From: a virus
Taxonomy: Duplodnaviria > Caudoviricetes
Strand: one strand, 5' to 3'
IMG/VR virus record: IMGVR_UViG_2910903598_000004
Coordinates: 1 to 64,000 of that record
Length of the DNA stretch: 64,000 nt
This document shows, piece after piece, positions 29,135 through 39,725 of the stretch (its first letter is position 1; each line of letters begins with the position of its first letter). The translations under genes were made by a program, and so were the position numbers. The notes under the pieces were generated by a model. That model was given only the letters and a program-made list of their open reading frames with translations, had not been told where the DNA came from and did no database searches.

Positions 29135-29869
29135 TTATGAATTTTTAAGTGATCTATGTAATTTTTCATACATACTGTCATATTTTCGATAATCCCGAAC
29201 TTCATTGACACTTTTCTCAATTCGTATATCGTGGAACCGACTTTCAATTAATCTAACGATTTCATCAAAGTACGGATCCAGATGTGGTGCAAAAAAATTG
29301 TCACTACGACATAAAAAAACGACATCAAAATCTTTAATTTTAATGTCAGCCAATGATTTTAATAGCGTTTTATCGAAAATTTCTTCTTTAAGACCAAACA
29401 TTTCTCTGGATATCGGATTGACAACCCAATCGAATTTGAAATGATCTCCATAATCTTTGTATAAATGGGAAATCCAATTTCCACAATCAACATCCTCTGA
29501 ACCATTAACGAAATCATGGTGTAGATCTATATTAATGCAGCGAATATCTTTATAATGGTCATTTCTCTCCATACAGTTATGAATAAGCTCATAGATAAAT
29601 ACATGACTATTTGTAATCATTACATCGGCATCATCGGATATACGATCAGATAACAAAAGTTTCTTTAAGTGATTCAGTTCATCTTCTAGTATTTCTACTT
29701 TTTGAAGTTCTTTTGCTGACTTTGGATTATTATAATATCCTGACCATGTAAAGATTGATAACTCAATGGATAAATCAAGTCCAGCTGGATAACAATTCAT
29801 AAGAACATCTTTTGATACATTTTGAAAATAATCAAAATCAATACTTAATACATTTAATGTCTGTGACAT
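29135..29869 (-). CDS. UPF0489/arginase-deacetylase-fold protein, copy B
   Basis: Near-identical to 24624..25358. Confidence 0.65.
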   Translation of the reverse strand: MSQTLNVLSIDFDYFQNVSKDVLMNCYPAGLDLSIELSIFTWSGYYNNPKSAKELQKVEILEDELNHLKKLLLSDRISDDADVMITNSHVFIYELIHNCMERNDHYKDIRCINIDLHHDFVNGSEDVDCGNWISHLYKDYGDHFKFDWVVNPISREMFGLKEEIFDKTLLKSLADIKIKDFDVVFLCRSDNFFAPHLDPYFDEIVRLIESRFHDIRIEKSVNEVRDYRKYDSMYEKLHRSLKNS

Positions 29870-29895
29870 TCTTATTTATCTCCTTTCATATTTTA

Positions 29896-30162
29896 TTATT
29901 CTGTGATTAACTTAACATTTTCTAATGCCCTGAACTCTTGAATTGGAATTATATAGCATTGATCTTCTATCGGATATTCTGCTGCCATACATTCTACAGG
30001 CACAAAAACATTATGAGTATCTTCTAATCCCTCAGTATCAGTTACTTCAAAATCATAAAAATCTTCATCACAATTTTGACATTGATAAGAATAATCTCCA
30101 TATTCTGTCTGTGTATAAAGAATTCCTCCACATCTTGGGCATTTACAATTTGTTTTAAACAT
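29896..30162 (-). CDS. Small Zn-ribbon protein
   Basis: CPRC..CQNC. Confidence 0.65.
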   Translation of the reverse strand: MFKTNCKCPRCGGILYTQTEYGDYSYQCQNCDEDFYDFEVTDTEGLEDTHNVFVPVECMAAEYPIEDQCYIIPIQEFRALENVKLITE

Positions 30163-30184
30163 CTTTTTAATCTTCTCCTTTCTT

Positions 30185-30340
30185 AAAATAAAAAAAGGCA
30201 CAAAAAAAGCAGACCTAACGTCTGTTTTAATTTGTACCTATCATGGTTGTGAATTTTCTGTTTTTTGTGTATCTAAAAAAAGTCCTATTCCACCTCTGGA
30301 ATTTTGGAATCTAATAAAATACATATGTATTATATCATAT
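30185..30340 (-). promoter_or_regulatory. Leader repeat, full copy 7
   Basis: TGATATAAT -10; near-identical to copy 4. Confidence 0.88.
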
Positions 30341-30398
30341 AATTATCATAAAAAAAAGAAGCAGCTGAACGAATTTTCACTCAACTACTTCCCTTATG

Positions 30399-31349
30399 CT
30401 ATTTTTTGTATAATATCGCATCGTCTAATAATGACTTGATCTTTGTAATGTTATCAAATGTCATAATATCATACAACTTGACATTATTTTCCTGCCCAAA
30501 TTTTTCTAATCGTTCAAGGAAATCACATGTACCAGAATCATGCCTGTCGCAATAAGAAGGCAGTAATGCTTCTCTTTCAACTAATGCATATAATAAATCC
30601 TCGATCTTTACTCTTGCCGATCCCCTAAGATGGTCTTGTGAATCAGTAAATTGTACTTCTACAATCTTTTGTCCAGATCTTTTCAATGAACGAAGTTTTA
30701 AAGCTAACTTAGATTCATCTTCTGTTACGATATTCCCTTGTTCTAAAAGCTGTTGCATTTTGCATCTTTTAGACTTACTGATCATTAAAGTATTTCTCAC
30801 GGATTCAAATTCTTTTTCCGTGTATTTTTTATAATCAATAACTCCACAAAGATATTCAATTGCCTTTTCTTTGTCGATCTTAACATTACAGCTAGGTCTT
30901 CTGTCATAACGAATATTTTCTCGTTTGACTTTGGATGGCAGCAGAAAATCTCTGCGAATATCATTAATCATATTTTGAACAGCACTTTCAGCAAAATCTT
31001 TTACTGGCAGATTATCATAAAATCTCTTGAATTCTTCACCAATTTTACGATTAAGTTCATTTACATATTCATCGATATGCATGACATTATCTGGCCACAT
31101 TTTGACAGTATCATTTCTAAAGAATATCTGTTCCTCAATAATGTAGATTTGATCATCTTTCACAACTGCACAAAAATCTGGTTTTTCATCAACCTGATAA
31201 TATTTTGCTCCAAGAAAACAGTAAATGTATCTTGCATCTCCACATTGTCTTTGTACAAAAGTTACTGCCTTTCCATTATCTCTTTTAACATCAAAGCTTT
31301 CTTTTGTTGTCATTACCTTTTCGGCAAATTTATCAATAAATTCTTTCAT
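30399..31349 (-). CDS. Hypothetical protein
   Basis: Long ORF; SD-hairpin-AUG start. Confidence 0.7.
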   Translation of the reverse strand: MKEFIDKFAEKVMTTKESFDVKRDNGKAVTFVQRQCGDARYIYCFLGAKYYQVDEKPDFCAVVKDDQIYIIEEQIFFRNDTVKMWPDNVMHIDEYVNELNRKIGEEFKRFYDNLPVKDFAESAVQNMINDIRRDFLLPSKVKRENIRYDRRPSCNVKIDKEKAIEYLCGVIDYKKYTEKEFESVRNTLMISKSKRCKMQQLLEQGNIVTEDESKLALKLRSLKRSGQKIVEVQFTDSQDHLRGSARVKIEDLLYALVEREALLPSYCDRHDSGTCDFLERLEKFGQENNVKLYDIMTFDNITKIKSLLDDAILYKK

Positions 31350-31415
31350 AAAAATCACCAATTAAAAAAGTAATATCATATATAGATACTACCTTTCTAA
31401 TCTTACTCCTTTCTC

Positions 31416-32306
31416 TTATAATTTTAAAAATCTTTCAATGCACTGAAATACCTTTTCTTTACATGAATCATGTAAAACATCGTGCCGGTATTCCGTTATA
31501 ATATTTTTTGTTATTCTTGCACCGGATCTTCTGTATCTCTTTAATACCTCTTGTAGACCGCGGGATACTGGATCTTCTTCTCCGGCAATAAATAAAACAT
31601 CATTCTTGTAATATAACCATCGTTCATTTTCCTGAATCTTCATCATGCCATTTAGAAATTGAAGGAAAAATCTTGGTGTCATATCCTTGACAACTCTTTC
31701 ATCTGTCAGATAGTCTTCCTGTGCTTTTTCATCTTTTAATAACCAATCAATACCTGTTTTTGAGTGTTTAAACCTGCGATTATAATTATCAAAAGCTAGT
31801 TTTTTCACTAATTTTGATGGTTGATCATCCTTTTTACATAATGTTTTTACAATCCAGTGAGCAAATTTTAATTCATTCATTTTAGGCTGCCCAGTTCCAA
31901 CGTAAATCAGCTTATCCGCCGTTTTAGGATATAGGCATTGATGTGATCGTAAAATAAAAGATCCAAGTGAAAATCCCAACATAACGTATGGAATCTCTGG
32001 ATATTGACGACGTATTTTGATTCTAAACATCTCAACATCTGCGATAAGATCATCCCAACAATGAATATATAATCCACTGTCCTTATGATGAACAGGGATA
32101 GATTTCCCATGGCTTTCTAAATCAAATCCACACACAACATACCCTAAATCTGTAAAATGTGCTGCAAATTCTTCATATCTGTCAATGTATTCCGTCATTC
32201 CATGGATTACCTGCATTACTCCAACTGGTATACATTCAGGCTCCCAAACATAACCATGCAGCTTAAATTTATCGTTTCTCTTAAATGTAAATTCTGTTTT
32301 TTTCAT
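31416..32306 (-). CDS. Alpha/beta hydrolase (lysophospholipase-like)
   Basis: HGMTEYIDRY, D..SHGKS, GFSLG, GEEDPV, RHDVL. Confidence 0.88.
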   Translation of the reverse strand: MKKTEFTFKRNDKFKLHGYVWEPECIPVGVMQVIHGMTEYIDRYEEFAAHFTDLGYVVCGFDLESHGKSIPVHHKDSGLYIHCWDDLIADVEMFRIKIRRQYPEIPYVMLGFSLGSFILRSHQCLYPKTADKLIYVGTGQPKMNELKFAHWIVKTLCKKDDQPSKLVKKLAFDNYNRRFKHSKTGIDWLLKDEKAQEDYLTDERVVKDMTPRFFLQFLNGMMKIQENERWLYYKNDVLFIAGEEDPVSRGLQEVLKRYRRSGARITKNIITEYRHDVLHDSCKEKVFQCIERFLKL

Positions 32307-32917
32307 TTCATTTCCTCTTTCTGTAAAATTGTATAATCCGGATTAATGTAACTCTTCATAAAGCGATACTGATACTTCTCCCATATCCACTTACGATTAC
32401 TTTTTAGTAGAGTAATGGAATCTCCTTTCTCTACACCGTTTGAAAATGAAAGAAGCGAAGGAAATTGAATTCTAGTACCTTCCGGCAATCCATCAAGTTT
32501 TAATAATTTTCTCTTAATCTGTAAGTTTGTATGACACTGTTTTCTCCATTCCATCGAATTTTCATCATTTGTGTCAGACAGCAGATTAAGAATAATTTCA
32601 GGACATTCTCTACGAATTGGCATATCGGACTCTCTTTCAAGATTCAGATAAATAAATTCTTTCTTTTCTGTTTTTGTATCAATGACCATAGCTGTAATTT
32701 CCTGCTCTTCCTTTGGAATCTCTTTATACTCCTGGTCATTGAATATTTTTGTTTGTACAACTGCAGCATAATACACGTTGCAATAAAAGGCAGCATGTAC
32801 AACTTCATAAAGATCACTGTTGATTGTATCTAACAAAAAGCACGTACATTCTTTTTTTCGATCAATGTCTCCATTCTTTTTGAAATATTGTGCCTTATGA
32901 CTTATCCAATTGCTCAT
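32303..32917 (-). CDS. DUF6927-like protein
   Basis: YYAAV..ESDMP...CP..ILNLLS...SMEWRKQC. Confidence 0.6.
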   Translation of the reverse strand: MSNWISHKAQYFKKNGDIDRKKECTCFLLDTINSDLYEVVHAAFYCNVYYAAVVQTKIFNDQEYKEIPKEEQEITAMVIDTKTEKKEFIYLNLERESDMPIRRECPEIILNLLSDTNDENSMEWRKQCHTNLQIKRKLLKLDGLPEGTRIQFPSLLSFSNGVEKGDSITLLKSNRKWIWEKYQYRFMKSYINPDYTILQKEEMK

Positions 32918-32936
32918 TATTTTTCTCTCTTTCTCT

Positions 32937-33425
32937 TTAAATACTCATACGATTCAGTAATTTGGCGTTTGAATTCTCTTTCATACTAAGATGATAATGA
33001 TCTCCAATAATAATACTATCTATCATGGTAATTCCCAGTAAATCTCCCGCTTCTTTTAATTTTTGTGCAACCATACGATCTGCTTTTGATGGATTCGTAT
33101 CTCCGGACGGATGATTATGTATCATTACAAAAGTACTAGCTCCACATAATAATAATCGGATAAAAATTTCTCTAGGATTGCATATGGATGCAGAAACGGC
33201 TCCATGTGAAATTTCAAAGACACCAAGTGCTTGTGTTTTTGTAGTAAGCCCAACGACATAAACATATTCTTCTGCACGTCGATCGAGATGCAGCTGGTTT
33301 ATTGCAAAACGAGCAATTTTTTCAGGCTTATCAAATATATCTTCTGTAACATCGTAATAACCTATCTCACACAAAACATTCTTCTTATCCTTATCCAATT
33401 CTGTTCTGTATTCTTTAATTCTCAT
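32937..33425 (-). CDS. RadC-like JAB domain protein
   Basis: EE, PREIF, HNHPSGDTNPSKAD, DSIIIG. Confidence 0.9.
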   Translation of the reverse strand: MRIKEYRTELDKDKKNVLCEIGYYDVTEDIFDKPEKIARFAINQLHLDRRAEEYVYVVGLTTKTQALGVFEISHGAVSASICNPREIFIRLLLCGASTFVMIHNHPSGDTNPSKADRMVAQKLKEAGDLLGITMIDSIIIGDHYHLSMKENSNAKLLNRMSI

Positions 33426-33440
33426 AAATCTGTCCTCCTT

Positions 33441-33490
33441 ATAAAATGCACAAAAGACAGACGTATTTATGTCTGCCCTTTGTTTTTAAT
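33441..33490 (-). terminator. Leader repeat, terminator-only half copy (degenerate)
   Basis: CAGAC/GTCTG hairpin + TTTTGTGC before the radC RBS. Confidence 0.55.
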
Positions 33491-33521
33491 AATCTTTCAT
33501 TCAATAATTTCTCTTGAGTTT

Positions 33522-33785
33522 CTATTTTTTAGATGCGAATCTAGGAATAAATCCTTCAAAATTCGTTGCTGGAAACTGATCTCGTGCAATATGATCGATA
33601 ATTCCATAAAAATCATGTGTAAAATTAAATAAATCTGCTTGAAGCCATTCATCTAATCTGATGTTAAATTTGCGATCTGCACTTTCAATATCCATTAATA
33701 CTGAAAGTTTATCGTTAACATGAAGGCCCTCTTCTTTTGCACGCTGAATAATAGCTGCATATTTTTTATATCTTTCTTTTATCAT
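33522..33785 (-). CDS. DUF6874-like protein
   Basis: MDI..RL..L.AD.FNF.HDF.GI...FIPRF. Confidence 0.6.
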   Translation of the reverse strand: MIKERYKKYAAIIQRAKEEGLHVNDKLSVLMDIESADRKFNIRLDEWLQADLFNFTHDFYGIIDHIARDQFPATNFEGFIPRFASKK

Positions 33786-34714
33786 TATCTATTCTCCTTT
33801 TCTACAATTTTGATATTTCCTGTTTTTCGCTCATAATGATAAATGTTATAGCTTAGTTGATTGTCTTCTGAAACTATAATATCATTAGCTGCACCTAACA
33901 TTTCTTTTACATCATGAATGGAACAATCGTCGGGTAACACGATGCATTTATGTATAGATGACGGAATAATATAAAGATCTGAATGGAGTTTATTTGAAAG
34001 TTTCCATAGATTTTCCGTATAGAGAATTTCATTTGCTCCAAACAGCATATTTTCATTCGTAAGCATATACACCAGACGAGACTCTGCCTCTGGTGGATAC
34101 ATAATATCTACAAACGCTCTTGGTGCTCCCGCCATGAAGAGATACTCACGAGCAACATCATCAAGTAACGCAATTTTTGTCTTCATAATATGTTGACTCA
34201 TTGCCTTTAGATACAAATCCTTTTCACTCCAATCAAGGGCTTCCATAAGTTCGTTATTAACAATCCCTGTTTCAAATCCCTGATCTGTTTCTTCGCATAC
34301 TATACGATATATTATTGCAAGATCAAGAAATTGCCGATGTGGAACATGTTGAAGCATTTCTTTTGACTCTTCCATATTTACTAATTGAATAAATACTTTA
34401 GCTGTTTCTTTTGAGAGTTTTTCTTCTTTTTCTCTTCGATCTTCATGAAGAAAATACGCTTTTACCTGCTTAATAATTGTATCCAATGTATATGGAAAAT
34501 CATAATATGGAAGATAAATCTCATACAATTGCTGTATATTAATCACAATTCCTTTATCTTCTCCTTTTCTGGAGATTTTGATCCCATCCATCATTCTGTT
34601 TGTACATACTAGCTTAGAAAAACTTATCTCTAGTCCTGCTAACTCATTTTTTGATGCTTTTGGCAATTCTTTTTCTAATTCCAATTTGAATTCTTCATAG
34701 TTCATTATTTTCAT
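33785..34714 (-). CDS. DUF5688-family protein
   Basis: LVN..VPHRQFLDLAIIYR, LTN..FGA, YIIPSSIH. Confidence 0.8.
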   Translation of the reverse strand: MKIMNYEEFKLELEKELPKASKNELAGLEISFSKLVCTNRMMDGIKISRKGEDKGIVINIQQLYEIYLPYYDFPYTLDTIIKQVKAYFLHEDRREKEEKLSKETAKVFIQLVNMEESKEMLQHVPHRQFLDLAIIYRIVCEETDQGFETGIVNNELMEALDWSEKDLYLKAMSQHIMKTKIALLDDVAREYLFMAGAPRAFVDIMYPPEAESRLVYMLTNENMLFGANEILYTENLWKLSNKLHSDLYIIPSSIHKCIVLPDDCSIHDVKEMLGAANDIIVSEDNQLSYNIYHYERKTGNIKIVEKENR

Positions 34715-34727
34715 TATTTTCCCTCCT

Positions 34728-34882
34728 AAAAATAAAAAATGGCATAAAAATAAGCAGATATTTTATATCTACTCAATTTACACCATTTGGTTTATAAAAT
34801 TTCTATTTTTGTGTTTTCTAAAAAAAGTCACAGTTATATCGGTCTGTGAATCTAATAAAAATACATATTTATTATAACATAA
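34728..34882 (-). promoter_or_regulatory. Leader repeat, full copy 8
   Basis: TGTTATAAT -10 plus both modules. Confidence 0.85.
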
Positions 34883-35119
34883 AATTTATATAAGAAAAAG
34901 AAGCAGTTAAACAATTTCTGCTTAACCACTTCTTTTCTGCAATCGCCCCAACCTGGAAAATTGAGCGATCATTTTAAATCGTAAATATATCAGGTAACCA
35001 TTATATCGGTAATACCTTTTCTATTACCAGAATATCATTTCAGTCTTTTCATGTCAATGTTTGAATCACATACTACTTTATGTTATTCAATTTTTTAGTT
35101 TTAATATTGATCTAAACTG

Positions 35120-35401
35120 TTAGATACTATTAATGCTATATGCACTTCTAGGTGTCACAATTAATGCATTATAAATATTCTTTTCCATAATACAATCTGA
35201 TCTATCTTTAGCTCCATTTCCTGTGTTATAACGTGGTATTTTTAAAAGTATAAGATCTTCTTTATAATATGTAGGTTTATTACGATATTCAATAATTCCA
35301 ACAAATTCTGAAGGTACACAAAGATAATTAACATCAAAACAAAAATTCATACCACAACCAGATTTAAAATCACCTAATTGATTTCTTTTGTTAATTGCAT
35401 A
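35120..35401 (-). pseudogene. Frameshifted small gene
   Basis: AGGAGG-ATG start is out of frame with the downstream DFKSGCGMNF ORF. Confidence 0.4.
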
Positions 35402-35442
35402 TGTTGCCTCCTGTTCGTGATTCTACACATGTTTTTTCTCAT

Positions 35443-35721
35443 TTATACCTTATATTTTGCAACTGCATCTTCCCAGTTAGCTATGGTACAAACCTTGTCT
35501 ATTTCCTCTGCAATGCGTTCTATTTGCTTAGAAGAAACACAAGGAGTGTTTTTAAAAGCTCTACCTATTGCTAATTTAACATCATCTAAGGTTTTATTTT
35601 TTTTGAGTTTTAAATTATGCCTCCTTAATAAATTCGGCAATTTCTTTTCGCAAACATTACCGTAATTAACAAACCATTCTACCCATAATGCTTCTGCGAA
35701 TATTTCTTGTGGTAATCTCAT
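35443..35721 (-). CDS. Hypothetical protein
   Basis: GAGGTG RBS, 92 aa. Confidence 0.6.
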   Translation of the reverse strand: MRLPQEIFAEALWVEWFVNYGNVCEKKLPNLLRRHNLKLKKNKTLDDVKLAIGRAFKNTPCVSSKQIERIAEEIDKVCTIANWEDAVAKYKV

Positions 35722-35988
35722 TTTGCACCTCTCAATTCACTTTTGAAAATTCTGCTTCTATAAGAACAATGTACTTTGGCTGTATGAACAATAGTCTCGT
35801 TTCTTTTATTTCTGTTTTAAAAAATATTTCATACGTTTTGTTCTTTCACTTTCTGACATAATGTCTCCTTTCTATATCTATAATCATCAATAGGTTTTCT
35901 TCCTGCCATTATAAACTCCTTTTATTCAATATTGATGGTACAAAAAACAAACAGCAATTTCTGTCTGTTTTTTGTACTATAAATTTTC

Positions 35989-37740
35989 TTAAATTCCAAA
36001 ATCAGCAAATGTTAACTGTGTTGCATTGTCAAGATTAATATTGTTTTTAGAAGCCAGATCCTTGAACTGACTATGACTATTATTAAACTCATATTCATCA
36101 ATAGGTTCGTGAAGATACCCCAGCTGTTTTAATTCAATAAATAATTGATCAAACAGAATAAAGAATCTCTTCCGTTCTTCGCCAGTTGGGTAAGCTGCGA
36201 TCATTCCATCTTCTGTTTCGCATACTACAGAATCTGCATGTCCACACAAATAATCATTTCTTCTTCCAGATTCTTTGAGTTTATCTTTGACATAACATGC
36301 AAATGCACGTGCAAATAATTCAACTTTGCTTTTCCAATATCCATTTTCTGTCTTTGTTGCTCCCTGATCGATTTTTTCAGCATTCATATAAAACTCTGTG
36401 AAAGTATTATCTTCATTTCTGATCAATCTATGGATCAGCGTTTTAAACGATTCTGGAATCGCATCAATTCTAAGCATATTGGTTGCATAGTGACCAACAA
36501 TATGCGAATCTACAATTTTTCCTAAAAAATCATCAAAAGCGTGACCCCATTCATGTGCCAATGATCCGGCCCCACGAAGTTTAGTAAGATTGATAACTTC
36601 TCTTCCTGGTTCATAATGAGCCAAAGCATTTCCATGACCTCTCGCACCAAAAGCGATTCCTAATGCTCCTGTTTCCAAACCTGCCAGTCCGATATCTTCC
36701 CGAGATATTTCTAAAGCATCAGCTAAATCACAAAATGCTTCATATGCCATATTTAAGTTAGCTTGACGGTCTTTGTCATTTGTATAATTTCCAAACTCAC
36801 CGCCGCGAATCTTAAATGCATTCAAGAAATCGTCTCCCACAATATTATGACCATGACGATAATCTTTTCCTTTTCGTTCTATATTTTCCAGCTGTTTTGG
36901 AACTAATTTTTTCTTACCTTTGCGTTTTGTTTTTCTTTTTTCTCCTGCAATTAATAAATCAATCAATGTATCCTTGAATAAAATAACTTCTGGTTTACTT
37001 CCATAAAAAAGAACATCACGACTTTCTTTACATAATAATAAATACTGCCCTTTTTTGATCTCTTCCAGATTAATCTCTTCACTTCTTGAATAGAAAGGAT
37101 ATGTCTTTCCTGATATTTTCCATGCAATGCAAGGTTTTCCTTTTTGAATTCCGAAACGCTCATGTTCAACCTTTACAGTTTCCTCGTCAAATTCTACAAT
37201 ATCGTATTTCTTTGATAAGAATTCCGTTTTTGATAAGCCAAATCCCGTTTTTTCCATCTTCATCTTTAGCCTATCGAGAGCGTCTTTCTCATGAAGCTTT
37301 AGAAATTTGTTCCCGTTAGCAATACCATAGTATGGTACAGCATAGTTATAACGACATGGTCCTGTCTTATAAAGCACTCCTTCTTCGCAAAGAATCTTTT
37401 CCCATGCAAGATTGATATCATCTTCGGTTTTAACCTTCATAACAATATCTCGAATCTTTTCGATTGCCTTGATGTATTCTTTTATGCTAATGTATGTGCG
37501 TTTCATGTCAGGGTAGATACAAGCTCGCATTTCTTTCAACCAGAAAACAATTAATCTCGGATATCCTTTTTCTAATAATTCTTCTGTATCAATCTTTTTC
37601 CAGATATTATCTCGTTTAACATATTTGCGTTTTTCTGCTTCTGTCATTTCAATTGTATCTTCAAAGATCATATTTCTTTCTTTCCAAAGATCCTTTTTGG
37701 CACCGCCAATTTTCTTTCCAAAATCATTTATTTTTTGCAT
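35989..37740 (-). CDS. LPD1-type large polyvalent protein domain (zincin-like)
   Basis: DFGKKIGGAKKD, GEFGNY, FGARG, AHYEP..INLTK..GAGSLAHEWGHAFD, ELFARAF. Confidence 0.8.
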   Translation of the reverse strand: MQKINDFGKKIGGAKKDLWKERNMIFEDTIEMTEAEKRKYVKRDNIWKKIDTEELLEKGYPRLIVFWLKEMRACIYPDMKRTYISIKEYIKAIEKIRDIVMKVKTEDDINLAWEKILCEEGVLYKTGPCRYNYAVPYYGIANGNKFLKLHEKDALDRLKMKMEKTGFGLSKTEFLSKKYDIVEFDEETVKVEHERFGIQKGKPCIAWKISGKTYPFYSRSEEINLEEIKKGQYLLLCKESRDVLFYGSKPEVILFKDTLIDLLIAGEKRKTKRKGKKKLVPKQLENIERKGKDYRHGHNIVGDDFLNAFKIRGGEFGNYTNDKDRQANLNMAYEAFCDLADALEISREDIGLAGLETGALGIAFGARGHGNALAHYEPGREVINLTKLRGAGSLAHEWGHAFDDFLGKIVDSHIVGHYATNMLRIDAIPESFKTLIHRLIRNEDNTFTEFYMNAEKIDQGATKTENGYWKSKVELFARAFACYVKDKLKESGRRNDYLCGHADSVVCETEDGMIAAYPTGEERKRFFILFDQLFIELKQLGYLHEPIDEYEFNNSHSQFKDLASKNNINLDNATQLTFADFGI

Positions 37741-37758
37741 AATTATAAACCTCTTTTC

Positions 37759-37971
37759 CTAAATACGATGAAAATTTTCTTCATTGGAAGCTTCAATACA
37801 TAATCGCATGTCATCGTAGCCATTATGATTCCCTTCTGTGTGTGCAACACAGTAATCTTCATGCACTTCTACGATCCTGCACTTTACGTTTTGTTCTCCC
37901 TGACTATCAAAATCTTCAAATTTCCACACAATCTCTTCATCAACTGTGAATTTTTTCTTTAAATTACTCAT
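37759..37971 (-). CDS. Hypothetical protein
   Basis: Short ORF with RBS. Confidence 0.55.
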   Translation of the reverse strand: MSNLKKKFTVDEEIVWKFEDFDSQGEQNVKCRIVEVHEDYCVAHTEGNHNGYDDMRLCIEASNEENFHRI

Positions 37972-38024
37972 AATCTTTTTCTTCCTTTCTAACAAAAAAA
38001 GAGGACCGCAGTCCTCTTTCTAAA

Positions 38025-38977
38025 TTAATTCCAATGTGCATCAGTAATAAACATCTGATGATCGTTTGTTTTTAGATATGAGATGGAAAAATCTGAATAA
38101 TGTTTTTTAAAAACACCCTTTCCGAAAGTTCCATCAAGCACAAAATCTACATCAGCATCTCCGAATAAAATTTCATCATTAATCTCTGATTCCTGGAGCA
38201 CAAAATTTGGCAGACTTTTTTTTGTAGCCTGTAATTTTTCAAAAATCCATTTTTCAACCATAGCAATCGCTGAAAATCTCATCCCGATAATTTTGCTGAA
38301 CATATCCTCCACATCATTTTCATTGAAAGTAATCTTTAAATGATGCATTTCAATCAATGTTTTACACATTACTGATTCAAGATATGATTTCCAGTCTGGA
38401 AATTCAAAATGAGCATCGTGAGAGCAATGTATATTGCAATCTCTTTCAAAACCGTCTCCATTTTCATTTTTTTGATCTTATAAATGCAACTACGATCTAC
38501 TCCTTTTTCGATGTGAAGATCATATTCTACACCAATGTCTTCAAATAAAATGCGTGCTGCATTAGGAAGAACTATATTATTTGATGGTCTTGATTCTGGA
38601 ATATTACATTCAAATTTATATCTTGAATCCAACACAAAATCATATAAATCTGAATCAGGCCCACGATTTGCAAAAATGATTTGCCAGCTAATATCTTGAC
38701 GTGCATAAGTTTCTTGCTCGTAATTGAATAAATCATACATGATCTTAACTTTTTTTGATTCTGAGAGCTGATCATAATTCTGATCAAGCAATTCCTCATA
38801 TATCTCATCACAATCCCAACAAGTTTCGACATTTTTAATATCATGCTTGCTTGAATTCAGACTGTTTAATTTCTTTTTGAATCGAAAAGCAATATTTGAA
38901 ACAGCTTCTCTTTTTTCTTTAAATGTAGACACATACGTCTTTTTATTTTCGCTATTTTTTGCAATTACATAATACAT
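38025..38977 (-). pseudogene. Single gene split by a frameshift in an A7 tract; paralog of 38999..39676
   Basis: The -1 frame after 38467 reads NENGDGFE..PDWKSYLESVMCKTL, matching the paralog C-terminus and joining ORF 38025..38369. Confidence 0.8.
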
Positions 38978-38998
38978 AATTTTTTCCTCTTTTCTTTC

Positions 38999-39676
38999 TT
39001 ACTTCAAATCGTGTAATAAAATCAATACTCTACACATTTCAATCTCAAGATTTGCTTTCCATTCAGGATCCGTTGGATCAATTTCATAATGGTAAAATTC
39101 ATCATGATCTGTTTCAAAATCGTCACCTGCTTTATTCATATCCATCCGGTAAATTGCACTGTAGTTTTCTCCATTTTCGATGCAGAATTCAAATTCTACA
39201 CCAATATCTTCAAACCATATATACGCAGCTCCTGGAAGAGTTACTTCTCCAGAAAACATTTCTTCTGAAATATTACATTCAAATTCATAATCTGGATTCA
39301 TCATTAAGTTAACTATTTCTTTTTCTTTTAAAGGATAGTTCTTAATAATCTCCCAATGAATTACTTCTGTTCTTTTAGTCTTTTCGCTATGTTTTTCTTC
39401 ATTATATTCTGGAGTTAATTCATAGCAAATTGTTATTTCCATAGCACAAAAAATCCCAAATTCAAAGTTTTTGATTGATTCTTCTAATGTCTCATCATAC
39501 TTATTTTTATCCCAAGTTGATGTGATTTTCTGGTATTTCTTATTGTTAGTTTTCAAACGCTTTATCGTTTTCTGATATTGATCAACCACGAAATTAATCA
39601 TAGGCTGCATATCCTCAAATGGAAGCACAATAGATCCTTCTTCTTTTTCGCTGTTATAAATATGTAAATAATACAT
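38999..39676 (-). CDS. Hypothetical protein (tandem paralog)
   Basis: FECNI..LP.AA..FEDIGVE shared with its neighbour. Confidence 0.75.
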   Translation of the reverse strand: MYYLHIYNSEKEEGSIVLPFEDMQPMINFVVDQYQKTIKRLKTNNKKYQKITSTWDKNKYDETLEESIKNFEFGIFCAMEITICYELTPEYNEEKHSEKTKRTEVIHWEIIKNYPLKEKEIVNLMMNPDYEFECNISEEMFSGEVTLPGAAYIWFEDIGVEFEFCIENGENYSAIYRMDMNKAGDDFETDHDEFYHYEIDPTDPEWKANLEIEMCRVLILLHDLK

Positions 39677-39725
39677 GTTTTTCCCTTCTTTCTTTTAATA
39701 AAAAAGTAGAAGCAATTTCTTGATT

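Noticed and set aside
32937-33425. RadC JAB as part of the ubiquitin-like system
   Set aside because: It is a typical stand-alone RadC 17 kb away, and the operon has its own JAB.
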